From: Patescibacteria group bacterium
GTDB taxonomy: Bacteria > Patescibacteriota > Patescibacteriia > UBA9934
Direction: 5' to 3'
Assembly (NCBI GenBank): GCA_041660165.1
Contig: JBAZWW010000003.1
Coordinates: forward strand, 4,352-68,351
DNA length: 64,000 bases
Below, piece after piece: positions 34,594 to 44,702 of this stretch (position 1 is its first letter; each line of letters opens with the position of its first letter). The translations under genes were made by a program, and so were the position numbers. The notes under the pieces were generated by a model. The model made no database searches. It saw nothing but the letters and a program-made list of their open reading frames with translations, and was not told where the DNA came from.

Positions 34594-36795
34594 ATGGACT
34601 TGAAATCGTATTCGATTGATTTTGGCGGAAAGAAACTGACGATTGAGACAGGGAAGTTTGCCAAGGCAGCTAATGGAAGCTGTACCGTGCGTTACGGAGA
34701 CACCGTTGTGCTCGCCACGGCCGTGATGAGCAAAGACGTGCGACCAGGACTAAGCTTTTTCCCGCTCATGGTTGATTTTGAAGAAAAGCTTTACGCAGCG
34801 GGCCGGATCAAAGGATCTCGCTTTATCAAGCGCGAAGGACGTCCGACTGATGAGGCAGTCCTCGCCGCTCGTTTTATTGACCGAGCAATCAGACCGCTGT
34901 TCGATCAACGAATTGCTAACGACGTGCAGGTCATCATTTCGGTCATCGCGTTTGATCAAGAAAATGACGCCGACATTCCAGGTTTGATCGCCGCGTCCTG
35001 CGCGCTTCACATGAGCGATATTCCGTGGAACGGCCCAATTGCTGTGGCTCGCATCAACGCTGACGCCGAGGGCAAATTCATTCTGAACGGTACATATGCT
35101 GAACGCGAAATTGCCAAATTTGACGTAGACGTAGCCGGTAATTCAGAAAAAGTCATCATGATTGAAGCCGGTTGTGATGAAGCGCCGGAAGATGAAGTGA
35201 TTGACGCCATTGCCTACGGACGCGAGAGCCTTGGCCCGGTTATCGAGCTGATTGAAAAGGTTCGCTCTGAATGCGGAAAACCAAAAGTCGATCTCATCAC
35301 GCCCAAAACGGACAGTGCAAAACGGATTGCCGAAAAAACGGATGATCTACGCGCTCTCCTTGCCCCATTCACAAGAAAAACGATCCAGGAACTTTTCTTT
35401 GCCGTACCAAAAGCCACAAAATCCGAACGCGCTCTGGCCAAGGATCAAATGAAAAAACTCACCGTCGCCTTCTTAACTGAACAAGGCCAAGATGAAGAGG
35501 GGATTATCATTGGCAAGTCCTTGCTCGGCGAATTACTCGACGCAGAAATCACGCGCACAATTATTGAGGACGGCAAGCGCGTTGACGGACGCGGACTTTA
35601 TGACGTGCGCGAACTTTCAAGCGAAGTGGCGCTCTTCCCGTGCGTGCACGGTTCCGGTTTCTTTAACCGCGGTGAAACACAGGTGCTGTCGATCGTAACG
35701 CTTGGCGCTCCTGGCGATAAGCAGACGCTGGACGGCATGGAATTAGTCGGCGAGAGACGATTCATGCACCACTACAACTTCCCCCCATTCTCTGTGGGCG
35801 AGGCCAAACCATTACGCGGAGCCGGACGCAGAGAAATTGGCCACGGCGCACTGGCAGAAAAAGCCCTCGCTTTCATGATTCCGGACAAGGAAACGTTCCC
35901 CTACACCATTCGCGTGGTATCCGAAGTACTCGGTTCTAATGGATCGAGTTCTATGGGCTCAACCTGCGGTACCTCACTCGCACTTATGGACGCTGGCGTG
36001 CCGATCAAGGCCGCAGTTGCTGGAATCGCCATGGGACTGGCGTCGAACGGCAAGAAATATCAGGTCATTACTGATCTCCAGGATCTCGAAGATGGCGAAG
36101 GCGGAATGGACTTCAAGATTACAGGCACTCGAAAAGGTATTACGGCTATTCAGCTCGACACCAAGACGGACGGCATCCCGCATGACGTTATTGTTGAGGC
36201 CGTTACCCGCTCGCAAACTGCCCGCATGAAAATTCTCGACGTGATGGCAACGGCCATCCCCACGCCTCGAGCCGAGCTTTCACCAAACGCTCCGCGCATC
36301 ATTAACATTCAAATCAATCCAGACAAGATCCGCGAAGTTATTGGTTCGGGCGGAAAGACAATCAATGAGATTATCGAGAAGACGGGTGTTTCAGATATCG
36401 ACATCGAACAAACCGGTCTTGTTATGATCACCTCATCTGACGCGGAATCAGCCCAGAAAGCATATGATTGGATCTACAACCTGACGCGTGATCTCCAGGT
36501 AGGCGAGGTCTTCTACGGTGAAGTGGTCCGCCTCATGGACTTTGGCGCCTTCGTTCAGGTGCTCCCCGGAAAAGATGGCCTGGTCCATGTTTCCGAGATG
36601 GCCCCATGGAGGGTCGAGAAGGTAACAGACGTCGTGAACGTTGGCGATAAGGTTCATGTGAAGGTCATCGAGATAGATGAAAAAGGCCGAGTGAACCTCT
36701 CCATGAAACAGGCCGAAGGAAACGTGTACACTGATGAGATGAAAGCCAAGGCTTCCACGGGATCTTCAAAACCCGCCGGCAAGCGCTACGTGTAA
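34594..36795 (+). CDS. pnp: Polyribonucleotide nucleotidyltransferase (PNPase)
   Basis: 733 aa. Two RNase PH-like domains, KH (IREVIGSGGKTINEI) and S1 (GEVFYGEVVRLMDFGAFVQVLPGKDGLVHVSE) domains. Confidence 0.9.
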   Translation: MDLKSYSIDFGGKKLTIETGKFAKAANGSCTVRYGDTVVLATAVMSKDVRPGLSFFPLMVDFEEKLYAAGRIKGSRFIKREGRPTDEAVLAARFIDRAIRPLFDQRIANDVQVIISVIAFDQENDADIPGLIAASCALHMSDIPWNGPIAVARINADAEGKFILNGTYAEREIAKFDVDVAGNSEKVIMIEAGCDEAPEDEVIDAIAYGRESLGPVIELIEKVRSECGKPKVDLITPKTDSAKRIAEKTDDLRALLAPFTRKTIQELFFAVPKATKSERALAKDQMKKLTVAFLTEQGQDEEGIIIGKSLLGELLDAEITRTIIEDGKRVDGRGLYDVRELSSEVALFPCVHGSGFFNRGETQVLSIVTLGAPGDKQTLDGMELVGERRFMHHYNFPPFSVGEAKPLRGAGRREIGHGALAEKALAFMIPDKETFPYTIRVVSEVLGSNGSSSMGSTCGTSLALMDAGVPIKAAVAGIAMGLASNGKKYQVITDLQDLEDGEGGMDFKITGTRKGITAIQLDTKTDGIPHDVIVEAVTRSQTARMKILDVMATAIPTPRAELSPNAPRIINIQINPDKIREVIGSGGKTINEIIEKTGVSDIDIEQTGLVMITSSDAESAQKAYDWIYNLTRDLQVGEVFYGEVVRLMDFGAFVQVLPGKDGLVHVSEMAPWRVEKVTDVVNVGDKVHVKVIEIDEKGRVNLSMKQAEGNVYTDEMKAKASTGSSKPAGKRYV

Positions 36796-36796
36796 A

Positions 36797-38035
36797 ATGG
36801 AAAAATTGAATATCCCATTACAAGAAAATCCAATCCCCCAAAAATTTTGGGGGATTGTGGCGTTTGTATTACCGAGCATCCTGGTCGCAGTCACCTCGAT
36901 GATCGCTTTTCGAGCTGTCCTTGCCATGGATACGCTCAGTTCGCTTGCCCCAAAGGATACAAACTACGCCGTACGTCTGTTAAAAACACCGATGACCCGC
37001 CAAGCACTCGATGACCGTTTTCACGGCATCCTTGTCTTCAATGACGCGCCGTGGACAATAGACGGAATACTCGATCGATCCCACCGTAATGCCATTTTTT
37101 TCTTTAACGATTCAGGAATTTCGGGCGTTGCTTTTGACGGCAAGCTCGATGAAACCGATAAACAAACTGCTGAGGCCCTGCATTTCACGGTTTCAAAAAC
37201 CGATGCTGGCACCTATATTGGCCGGGAAGCTCCTTTTGATACTCAACTAAGGCCAAGATTCAGCCTGGCCTCTTTTATGCCCTGGGCCAATGGGGAAGTA
37301 AGCGTGTTCACGAATGGCCAGCGTCAATCCGCCGGACTTCGCCTGACTAAGGATTCACTGCGCATCTACGGACTTGGCAGAGGTGCTCGCCTGCGCTCAC
37401 CGCTCGATGACGCGGGCGCCAAGGTAGCAGCGGCCTTCTCAATGACCGCCGGCGAGTTCAAAACGATCCTTTCGCCTGACGTCCCGCTGGTCTACCCGGG
37501 TATCAGAGCCCTGTTCGCGGAGGCTGGCGCCAAGGGACTCTCCTTCGTACTTGGCCAAGATCAAGCCGGCACAGCCTTCTCACTTACTATCCCAGGCGGA
37601 TCGCTGGCGCGCGAGGATTTAGAAAGCGCCACAAGCGAGCTCTTCGCCCTTGATCACCTAAAGACCACCGAGTACGAGGATGTCTACACCAGACTGGACG
37701 AAATAGTGTCATCAAGCACCGAAAAACCAGTTACGACGAGCGAGCCAGGCATCACCATTACAAGTCTCCGCGAAAATGATGGCCGGGTGGTCCGGGCGAC
37801 CCAGACGAATCAGAGCCTTATCATCACCAATAGAGAAACAAAAATCCAAGGAAAATCGCCAACTGTAAAGGAGAAATCAAGCTGTCTGCGTGGGACAAAT
37901 CAGTTTATCCTGCCGGAAGTAGCTGGCGCACTCGCCCCACAACAAATTATCGTTTCACCGAGGACAATTGTGACCATGTTACTAGCCAGTAATGAGATTG
38001 CCTTCGCTGACACCTCAACGAAGGCCTGCTGGTGA
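36797..38035 (+). CDS. Hypothetical membrane-anchored protein co-transcribed with pnp
   Basis: 412 aa. The start codon is 2 nt after the pnp stop. N-terminal TM helix (FWGIVAFVLPSILVAVTSMIAF); no recognised domain. Confidence 0.5.
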   Translation: MEKLNIPLQENPIPQKFWGIVAFVLPSILVAVTSMIAFRAVLAMDTLSSLAPKDTNYAVRLLKTPMTRQALDDRFHGILVFNDAPWTIDGILDRSHRNAIFFFNDSGISGVAFDGKLDETDKQTAEALHFTVSKTDAGTYIGREAPFDTQLRPRFSLASFMPWANGEVSVFTNGQRQSAGLRLTKDSLRIYGLGRGARLRSPLDDAGAKVAAAFSMTAGEFKTILSPDVPLVYPGIRALFAEAGAKGLSFVLGQDQAGTAFSLTIPGGSLAREDLESATSELFALDHLKTTEYEDVYTRLDEIVSSSTEKPVTTSEPGITITSLRENDGRVVRATQTNQSLIITNRETKIQGKSPTVKEKSSCLRGTNQFILPEVAGALAPQQIIVSPRTIVTMLLASNEIAFADTSTKACW

Positions 38036-38125
38036 TAACTGTGGATAACTTGGGTATAAGTAGGATAACTTGCACACTTCTTGTACTCAAAGGGTGAACA
38101 CCCCCTGTACTCGATTATCCACATG
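38033..38125. promoter_or_regulatory. DnaA-box cluster (second oriC-like element) with adjacent AT-rich stretch
   Basis: TGTGGATAA at 38040-38048. Three GGATAACTTG-type repeats (38033-38070). TTATCCACA at 38115-38123. AT-rich 38150-38205 (agatatataaattgtttacaatttgtac). Confidence 0.4.
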
Positions 38126-38596
38126 ACTAACGTATTTGGCTAATCCTAGAGATATATAAATTGTTTACAATTTGTACTCAGGTTATATACTGAATCCTGT
38201 AATCGTTCTTTCTAAATTCCGTCCTGTGGGTAAAACCACGGGAGTGACTCGGGGAAATTGCCGAAGCCCCACAAGATCTTCGGGATGACCTCACTTGCGC
38301 TCCTCACTCCATGGCTCCGCGGTTGATGGCGGTAGCATTTCGGGAAACCGTCACCTCATGGTCAGGGTAGGGCAATCAGTCAGTAGGTTTGGCAGGCAAG
38401 TGCATTCTGGCGTTGTGTCTGGTGTACGAGGACCCTCGCACTCCGAACCCAATGTCAGAGTTCATGAACCCCCAATCCGCCCGGTCGGGCTATGCTCGAC
38501 CACGGGGACTCGATCGCGGGGATATCTATCAGAAATCCCTTTGCAACCGAGCCCCCTTTTCTTTTTCAGGCGAATCGTATATCGTCTATCAATCAT

Positions 38597-38980
38597 ATGG
38601 CCAAAGCTATTTCCAAAGCATTTATTGAAGAGATGAAAGCTCTTCTCGTTGCCGAGTCCGCAAAACTCGAAACCGAACTTTCGCATATTGCCCACCGTAA
38701 CCCCAAAGAAAACGGGGAATTGATTACGGATTATAAAGACGTAGGAAGCGATGAAGGCGAAAACGCTTTTGAAGTTGCCCAATTTAGCGACAATCTTTCA
38801 CTCGAACAGGAGCTGGAGTCCGCTCAAAAGGACGTAAACTCGGCCTTGAAAGCTATTGAGAAAGGATCCTACGGCACCTGCAAATACTGCAAACAGCAAA
38901 TTTCCGAAGCCCGCCTGCGCATTCGCCCAACCTCAACGTCCTGCGTGGCCTGTAAGAAAACACTCACCCAAGAGCTCTAG
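38597..38980 (+). CDS. DksA/TraR-family C4-type zinc-finger protein
   Basis: Internal start MAKAISKAFIEEMKALL.... C-terminal CKYCKQQISEARLRIRPTSTSCVACK (CxxC-x17-CxxC); about 127 aa. Confidence 0.6.
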   Translation: MAKAISKAFIEEMKALLVAESAKLETELSHIAHRNPKENGELITDYKDVGSDEGENAFEVAQFSDNLSLEQELESAQKDVNSALKAIEKGSYGTCKYCKQQISEARLRIRPTSTSCVACKKTLTQEL

Positions 38981-38981
38981 T

Positions 38982-39455
38982 ATGACCAAAGGACGCTTCC
39001 TTGCGGGGGTGGCCGTCCTCACGCTCCTTGCCGTACTCGACGCCATACTCAAGTCGCTCGCCATCAATCACGCCGGTCCCGCGAATAGTTCGAGCATTCC
39101 GCTACTTTTCGCCTTCGCTCTTCATAAAAATCCCGGCATCGCTTTTGATATTCCGCTCCCGCTTGCGATCATTCTTCCGCTCACCCTTGTCATTGGTGGT
39201 ATTTTCGGCGCGTATTTCGGCGCTTCGGCTGTTCGTTCTCACAAATACATTGAAGCCCTAGCCTGCGCCTCAATCTGTATAGGTGCCCTCGGTAATTTCA
39301 TTGACCGAGCCGTTAACGGTTTTACCACCGACTACCTCATTCTCTTCAGAACCTCGGCCATCAATCTCTCTGACCTCATGATCCTGGCCGGCATGATCGC
39401 TTTTTTGTGGTACCATAAAGGCATCCCCAGTAGTGAGGCACCGAAAACAATCTAA
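38982..39455 (+). CDS. lspA: Lipoprotein signal peptidase (signal peptidase II)
   Basis: MTKGRFLAGVAVLTLLAVLDAILK.... Four TM segments. GNFIDRAVNGFTTDYL matches the LspA GNxxDR...DF motif. The ATG follows the TraR stop directly. Confidence 0.8.
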   Translation: MTKGRFLAGVAVLTLLAVLDAILKSLAINHAGPANSSSIPLLFAFALHKNPGIAFDIPLPLAIILPLTLVIGGIFGAYFGASAVRSHKYIEALACASICIGALGNFIDRAVNGFTTDYLILFRTSAINLSDLMILAGMIAFLWYHKGIPSSEAPKTI

Positions 39456-39510
39456 ATTAAAACTCCCCATACTTTTTTGTATGGGTTTTGCTTTTGTGAG
39501 TTCCGCTACC

Positions 39511-41025
39511 ATGTTTGGTCTTGAAGCCTTGCATGTGCGAGTAGAAACAGACATTTCAGGCGGTCTGCCCAGGTTTCACCTTGTTGGCCTGCCTGATACA
39601 GCAACGACCGAGGCACGCGAACGCGTGAAGGCTGCTATCAAAAATACCGGCCTGCAGTTTCCAAGGCCAGTGATTACCGTAAATCTCGCGCCGGCCGAGG
39701 TGAAGAAGCATGGTTCGGCGTACGATCTGCCGATTGCCATCAGCATCCTGGTGGCCGACGATCAGATTCCTGACAGCGACTTTCTGCGCGGAACAATGTT
39801 CTTGGGCGAACTGGCACTCGACGGAAACGTCAGATCGACAAATGGCGTCCTGCCCTGCGTCCTCTTGGCAAAAAAACTCGGCTTCACGGCGGTGGTTGTG
39901 CCGTTTGAAAACGCGCGCGAGGCATCTCTCGTACAGGGCATTAACGTTCACGCGGTGAAAACACTCGACGAGCTGGCTGGCGCGCTGAAAGACGGACGAT
40001 CATTGCCGGTGGTCGAGTACATCGCGGACGATTCGCCGTGCGACTTCGGCATTATTGCCAGTGATTTCAAACACATTGTCGGGCAAGACAGAGCCAAGAG
40101 GGCGCTGGAAATTGCCGCGGCCGGCGGGCATAACGTCCTACTTTCCGGCAGTCCGGGAAGTGGAAAGACTTTGCTCGCCCGCTCGCTTCCAGGAATTCTC
40201 CCGCCGTTATCGTTTGATGAATCACTCGAAGTCACCGCGATCCACTCGGTTCATGGCACCTTGCCGAAAGACCGGGTATTGATTCGCAACCGGCCGTTCC
40301 GCTCGCCCCATCACTCGGCCAGCGGGGTGGCGCTCGTGGGCGGAGGCGGGAACCCAAAACCGGGCGAGATCACCCTCGCGCACCACGGCGTCTTGTTTCT
40401 GGATGAGTTCCCCGAATTCCCAAGACACGCCCTTGAACATCTGCGCCAACCGCTGGAAGAAGGCAAGGTCACGGTCTCACGAGCCTCCGGCACCGTCGTC
40501 TTTCCCGCGCGCTTCATGCTGGTGGCCGCCATGAATCCCTGCCCGTGCGGGTATGCCTTTGACAAAGAACGCCCGTGTACGTGTTCAGAAATTTCTCGAC
40601 AACGCTACAGACAAAAAATATCCGGCCCTTTGCTTGACCGCATTGACCTGGTGGTCGAAGTTCCTCGATTGCCACTAACGAGTTTCAGCGATGCCGAGCG
40701 CGAACCATCAAGCGCTGTAGCACAACGAGTCGCGAACGCTCGTGCCTACGCGCAAACGCGATACGCGGGCGAACACATAGCCACGAACGCTGAGCTGACC
40801 AGCGCGCATCTACGAACACACTGCAAGCTAGACCCCGCTGATGCGGAGTATTTCCAACGCTCGGCTGAGAGGCTCAAGTTATCCGCGCGAGCGTACTCGC
40901 GAATGCTCAAAGTAGCGCGCACGATTGCGGATTTAGAACAAACACCCGCGATCACTCGCGGGCATCTCATGGAAGCACTACAGTTCAGATCAAACCTTAC
41001 CGGAGATACTCGTATGGGTTCTTGA
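39511..41025 (+). CDS. comM: YifB/ComM family Mg-chelatase-like AAA+ ATPase
   Basis: MFGLEALHVRVETDISGGLPRFHLVGLPDTA (Lon-like N-domain) ... LLSGSPGSGKTLLARSLPGILPPL (Walker A) ... VLFLDEFPEF (Walker B). About 504 aa from the internal Met; ORF 39433 overlaps the lspA end. Confidence 0.8.
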   Translation: MFGLEALHVRVETDISGGLPRFHLVGLPDTATTEARERVKAAIKNTGLQFPRPVITVNLAPAEVKKHGSAYDLPIAISILVADDQIPDSDFLRGTMFLGELALDGNVRSTNGVLPCVLLAKKLGFTAVVVPFENAREASLVQGINVHAVKTLDELAGALKDGRSLPVVEYIADDSPCDFGIIASDFKHIVGQDRAKRALEIAAAGGHNVLLSGSPGSGKTLLARSLPGILPPLSFDESLEVTAIHSVHGTLPKDRVLIRNRPFRSPHHSASGVALVGGGGNPKPGEITLAHHGVLFLDEFPEFPRHALEHLRQPLEEGKVTVSRASGTVVFPARFMLVAAMNPCPCGYAFDKERPCTCSEISRQRYRQKISGPLLDRIDLVVEVPRLPLTSFSDAEREPSSAVAQRVANARAYAQTRYAGEHIATNAELTSAHLRTHCKLDPADAEYFQRSAERLKLSARAYSRMLKVARTIADLEQTPAITRGHLMEALQFRSNLTGDTRMGS

Positions 41026-42331
41026 ATTTACCGCCAATGATGACTTCAAAGTGCAAATGGGTGCCGGTTGAATTACCAGTTGAACCACACCGACCAAGCG
41101 GAGTACCGGCCGTCACCTGCTGGCCCACCTTCACGTAAAGCTGATGGAAATGGCCGTACCGCGTAGTAATACCGTTGCCGTGATTGATTTCAACCGCGTT
41201 TCCGTAACCGCCCTTTACGCCAGCAAACTGCACAATACCGTCCGCGGCGGCATAGTTTGTGGCCGTACTAGTACCATCTGCATGGCCATCACAATCAATA
41301 TCGAGTCCGGTGTGATACCAGCTCAATCCGCGAACCACGTAATGGCCGTCGGATGGCCACAACATCTTGCCCAAAGCTGGCTTTACATCGCCACCAGCCG
41401 GTTTAGGCGTTCCGCTTGGGGCCGTAAAAATGTTCTTGACCGCGATTGGCCGAACCGATTTCACCGGCGGAGGGGCAATAAACTCACCGCCCGGCACAAT
41501 CAGTGTGGCGCCAACCGTGAGCGCAGATCCGCTCTGCATCTTGTTAAAGGCCAGCACGTCATCAGCACTTGCGCCGTACTTCTTGGCAATCGCCAGCAAG
41601 GTATCGCCTTTTTTCACCGTGTAGGAAACACCAGAGACGGGAAGAATGCTCAAATTGTCTCCAGGCTTAATGACCGAACGCACCGTCAAATTATTCGCCC
41701 AAAGAAGCGTATCAAGCGTGATAGCGAATTTATGCGCCACCGTTGAAAGTGTATCCCCATCTAACACTTTATAGACAATCGTGGTCTCTCTTGGCGCAAC
41801 AGAATCAACTGTGGTGGTAGTTGAAACCACGGACGTGGAAATGATCCCCTCGCCCAAAACCGAACTTACCGGTACGCCCTGCTCCGTATTTGAAGCAACC
41901 GGCGCCGGTCTAAGCGTACTATCGCCAAGATAGGAAATACCGGCAGAACCTGGGCGCGAGTAATCCGCATACTCCTCAATAACCTGCACCGGCTCTTGGG
42001 TGACGATGTTATACAGCAAACTTTTTTTGCCAAAGTCATCCCACTCCGCTCTCACCTCTCCAAATTGTAAATTTACGCCAATAGCCACAAATGCGACCAG
42101 AAGAACAATGCCGTGAACGGAATACCGGTTTGAAAGAAAGAACATGAACCTGTTTTTAGCCGGCCGGTACCATACGCTCATCTGGCGCTCTACTCCATAC
42201 AAAAGTCCGTAGGCCGGAATGACAAGAAAGCTGATAAAGATACGCCCAAGCGGAGAAAATACCCGGCTGACAAGCCGTGAAACGGAGAAAAAGGCGCGCT
42301 TTGTCATGACCAAGAGGCCAACAAAGAGCAA
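40997..42331 (-). CDS. M23-family metallopeptidase with two LysM domains
   Basis: N-terminal TM. LysM repeats (YKVLDGDTLSTVAHKF..., YTVKKGDTLLAIAKKYG...). C-terminal M23 motifs HTGLDID...HGNGITTRYGHF...GSTGNSTGTHLHFEV. 444 aa; start uncertain. Confidence 0.75.
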   Translation of the reverse strand: MLFVGLLVMTKRAFFSVSRLVSRVFSPLGRIFISFLVIPAYGLLYGVERQMSVWYRPAKNRFMFFLSNRYSVHGIVLLVAFVAIGVNLQFGEVRAEWDDFGKKSLLYNIVTQEPVQVIEEYADYSRPGSAGISYLGDSTLRPAPVASNTEQGVPVSSVLGEGIISTSVVSTTTTVDSVAPRETTIVYKVLDGDTLSTVAHKFAITLDTLLWANNLTVRSVIKPGDNLSILPVSGVSYTVKKGDTLLAIAKKYGASADDVLAFNKMQSGSALTVGATLIVPGGEFIAPPPVKSVRPIAVKNIFTAPSGTPKPAGGDVKPALGKMLWPSDGHYVVRGLSWYHTGLDIDCDGHADGTSTATNYAAADGIVQFAGVKGGYGNAVEINHGNGITTRYGHFHQLYVKVGQQVTAGTPLGRCGSTGNSTGTHLHFEVIIGGKFKNPYEYLR

Positions 42332-42464
42332 CCCGATCCTGACAAAAAATGGCGAATTTAAGCGAGGAATATGTTAGCAAGGTTACCAACGTAGTATACC
42401 GCAACCGAGTTGACGTTTCAAGAAAATCAACTATAATCCCGGAATCAAAATCAATAGCTGTCCT

Positions 42465-43754
42465 ATGCCTTACGTTGTTGAAAAGTCCGAAAAGAATCGC
42501 GTCAAGCTCACTATCACTATTCCTAAAGAGGCTGTTGAAGCCGGCATGCGCCACTCGGCTGAACACTTGAGTGAAGACACCACTATTCCCGGTTTCCGTC
42601 CCGGCAAAGCGCCGTATGAGACTATAGTTCAGCGTTATGGCGAAATGAAAATCCTTGAGGCAGCAACTGAAGAACTCATTAAAGCCGCCTTTGTCGAGGC
42701 CATGCTTGACGAGGACCTGGAAACCGTTGGCCAGCCCTATTTCAACATGGTGAAGCTGGCCCCTGGAAATGAAATGGTGTTTACCGCCGAGATGTCACTG
42801 ATGCCGGAAGTAAAAAAACTCGCCGATTACAAATCGTTCTCGATCAAGGCCGAATCAACCACGCCAAGCCCAGAGACGATTGAACAAGCAAAAACTGACC
42901 TCACGCGCATGAAGATGAAGGAAACCCGGGCAGAAGCCGGCCGAGTACTTGCTCAAGGCGACAAGGCAGTCGTGAAACTGACCATGAAGAAAGACGGCGT
43001 AGAAATTGAGGGAGGAAGCTCAGAAAACCATGGCATTTACACCAACGAACCGCACTACATCCCGGGCTTTGTCGAGAAAATAATCGGCGCCAAGGAAGGC
43101 GAGGAACGATTGTTCACGCTAAAATTCCCGGCCGATCATTACCAGAAGCACTTGGCCGGAAAGGACTTGGACTTCCACGTGAAGGTGAACGAAATCTTTA
43201 CACTTGATATTCCAGCACTTGACGATGAGTTTGCCAAAGGCCTTGGTCTGCCAAGCGCTGATGAGCTCATGAAGAAGCTTCACGAAAATCTCTCAGCTGA
43301 AAAGATTGAGCAGGAAAACCGCCGTCAGGAAAAAGAATTACTCGAACTGCTGGCCGAAAAGTCTACGTTCGATGAATTCTCTGATCTTCTCGTTAACCAA
43401 GAGATAGACAAGATGGTCGAAGAATTGAAACAGTGGGTTGATAAAAACGGCATGGAATGGGACAAGTATCTTGTCTCAACCAACAAATCAATCACCGAAA
43501 TCAAGCTCGACTTCACGCCCCAGGCGATTATCCGTCTCAAGGTCGCACTCGTCTTGAACGAAGTAGCCAAGCTCGAGAAAATCACCCCCACAATTGAGGA
43601 AGTTGATCACGAACTGGACGAACTCGCCAAAACAATCGAAAACAATCCCGAAGCTAAGGAGTACGTCTACTCTCCCGCCTTCCGCGAACGAATTGAACAC
43701 CAAGTCCGCAACCGCAAAACCCTGGAGTTCCTGAAGAAGACCATGGTTAAGTAA
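42465..43754 (+). CDS. tig: Trigger factor
   Basis: 429 aa. MPYVVEKSEKNRVKLTITIPKEAVE...IPGFRPGKAPYETIVQRYG match the trigger-factor N-domain. PPIase-like middle and C-terminal arm regions follow. Confidence 0.85.
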   Translation: MPYVVEKSEKNRVKLTITIPKEAVEAGMRHSAEHLSEDTTIPGFRPGKAPYETIVQRYGEMKILEAATEELIKAAFVEAMLDEDLETVGQPYFNMVKLAPGNEMVFTAEMSLMPEVKKLADYKSFSIKAESTTPSPETIEQAKTDLTRMKMKETRAEAGRVLAQGDKAVVKLTMKKDGVEIEGGSSENHGIYTNEPHYIPGFVEKIIGAKEGEERLFTLKFPADHYQKHLAGKDLDFHVKVNEIFTLDIPALDDEFAKGLGLPSADELMKKLHENLSAEKIEQENRRQEKELLELLAEKSTFDEFSDLLVNQEIDKMVEELKQWVDKNGMEWDKYLVSTNKSITEIKLDFTPQAIIRLKVALVLNEVAKLEKITPTIEEVDHELDELAKTIENNPEAKEYVYSPAFRERIEHQVRNRKTLEFLKKTMVK

Positions 43755-43813
43755 ACAAATTGCTCTCGAGACATCTCGAGGGCTTTTGTTTTATGTGCTA
43801 ATCTATCAGTTAT

Positions 43814-44665
43814 ATGAGACTCGGTGCACACGTATCGGCAGCAGGTGGCTTGTGGAAAGCCGGGATTTATGGCGAGGAGTTGGGTTGCGAGGTGATTCAG
43901 ATATTTACTCGGCCTCCGCAGAGTTTTTCGGTCAAGCCGATCACGGATGAAGATGCCGAGAAGTTCAAAACCTCGATGAAAGAACACAAAATCCAAGACG
44001 TGTATATTCACGCCCCGTACCTGGTCAATCTCGCCTCCGGCAATAACCGCGTCTATCACGGTTCTATCAGCATGATCCGCGGAGAGCTTGAGCGTGGCAC
44101 TCAACTCGGCGCAAAAGCTGTCATGTTCCACCCCGGCTCAGCCAAGGACGTTGGTCGAGGGAAGGGAATCGAGATGGTTTCAAAGGCGCTCGACAAAATG
44201 CTCGAGGGATATGAAGGTTCGACGCAGTTGCTGATCGAAATCTCGGCCGGTGCAGGGGAAATCATGGGTGATTCATTCGAAGAAATCACGGCGTTTATAG
44301 ACGGTTCGAAATATGGCAAGGACATTGGCGTGTGTTTTGATACTCAGCATGCATTCGCGAGCGGTTACGATCTTCGCACAGCCAAAGACGTCGAAAAGAC
44401 CTTTAAGTTGTTCGACAAAACCATCGGCCTCAAAAAACTCGTCGCTTCGCATTGCAACGACTCGAAAGTAGAGTTCGAAGCGCACAAGGACAGACACGAA
44501 CATCTCGGCAAAGGTTCGATGGGCGTTGAGGCGTTCAAAGCCATCGTCCAAAGCAAACTCCTGAAACACGTCGACTTAATCCTCGAAACTCCTTACGAGG
44601 GCGGGGGAGGGAATGATCCAGAACGAGTAGAGGATATGAAATTATTAAAGGGTTTCCGCAAATAA
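43814..44665 (+). CDS. nfo: Endonuclease IV (AP endonuclease, TIM barrel)
   Basis: MRLGAHVSAAGG...VYIHAPYLVNLAS...VMFHPGS...LLIEISAG...VCFDTQHAFASGYD...ETP match Nfo metal-binding motifs; 283 aa. Confidence 0.85.
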   Translation: MRLGAHVSAAGGLWKAGIYGEELGCEVIQIFTRPPQSFSVKPITDEDAEKFKTSMKEHKIQDVYIHAPYLVNLASGNNRVYHGSISMIRGELERGTQLGAKAVMFHPGSAKDVGRGKGIEMVSKALDKMLEGYEGSTQLLIEISAGAGEIMGDSFEEITAFIDGSKYGKDIGVCFDTQHAFASGYDLRTAKDVEKTFKLFDKTIGLKKLVASHCNDSKVEFEAHKDRHEHLGKGSMGVEAFKAIVQSKLLKHVDLILETPYEGGGGNDPERVEDMKLLKGFRK

Positions 44666-44702
44666 CCTATGAAAATAACTCTCTGCGGTAGTCTCAAATT
44701 TC

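Noticed and set aside
38130-38595. tmRNA or RNase P RNA assignment for the long non-coding region
   Set aside because: By eye I could not find the tmRNA tRNA-like ends (GGGGnTG...TCCACCA, T-loop TTCGAnTCC) or the RNase P P4 core (GGAAAGTCCGGGC / ACAGAAnCCGGCTTA) on either strand. It is left as an unassigned ncRNA candidate pending a covariance-model search.
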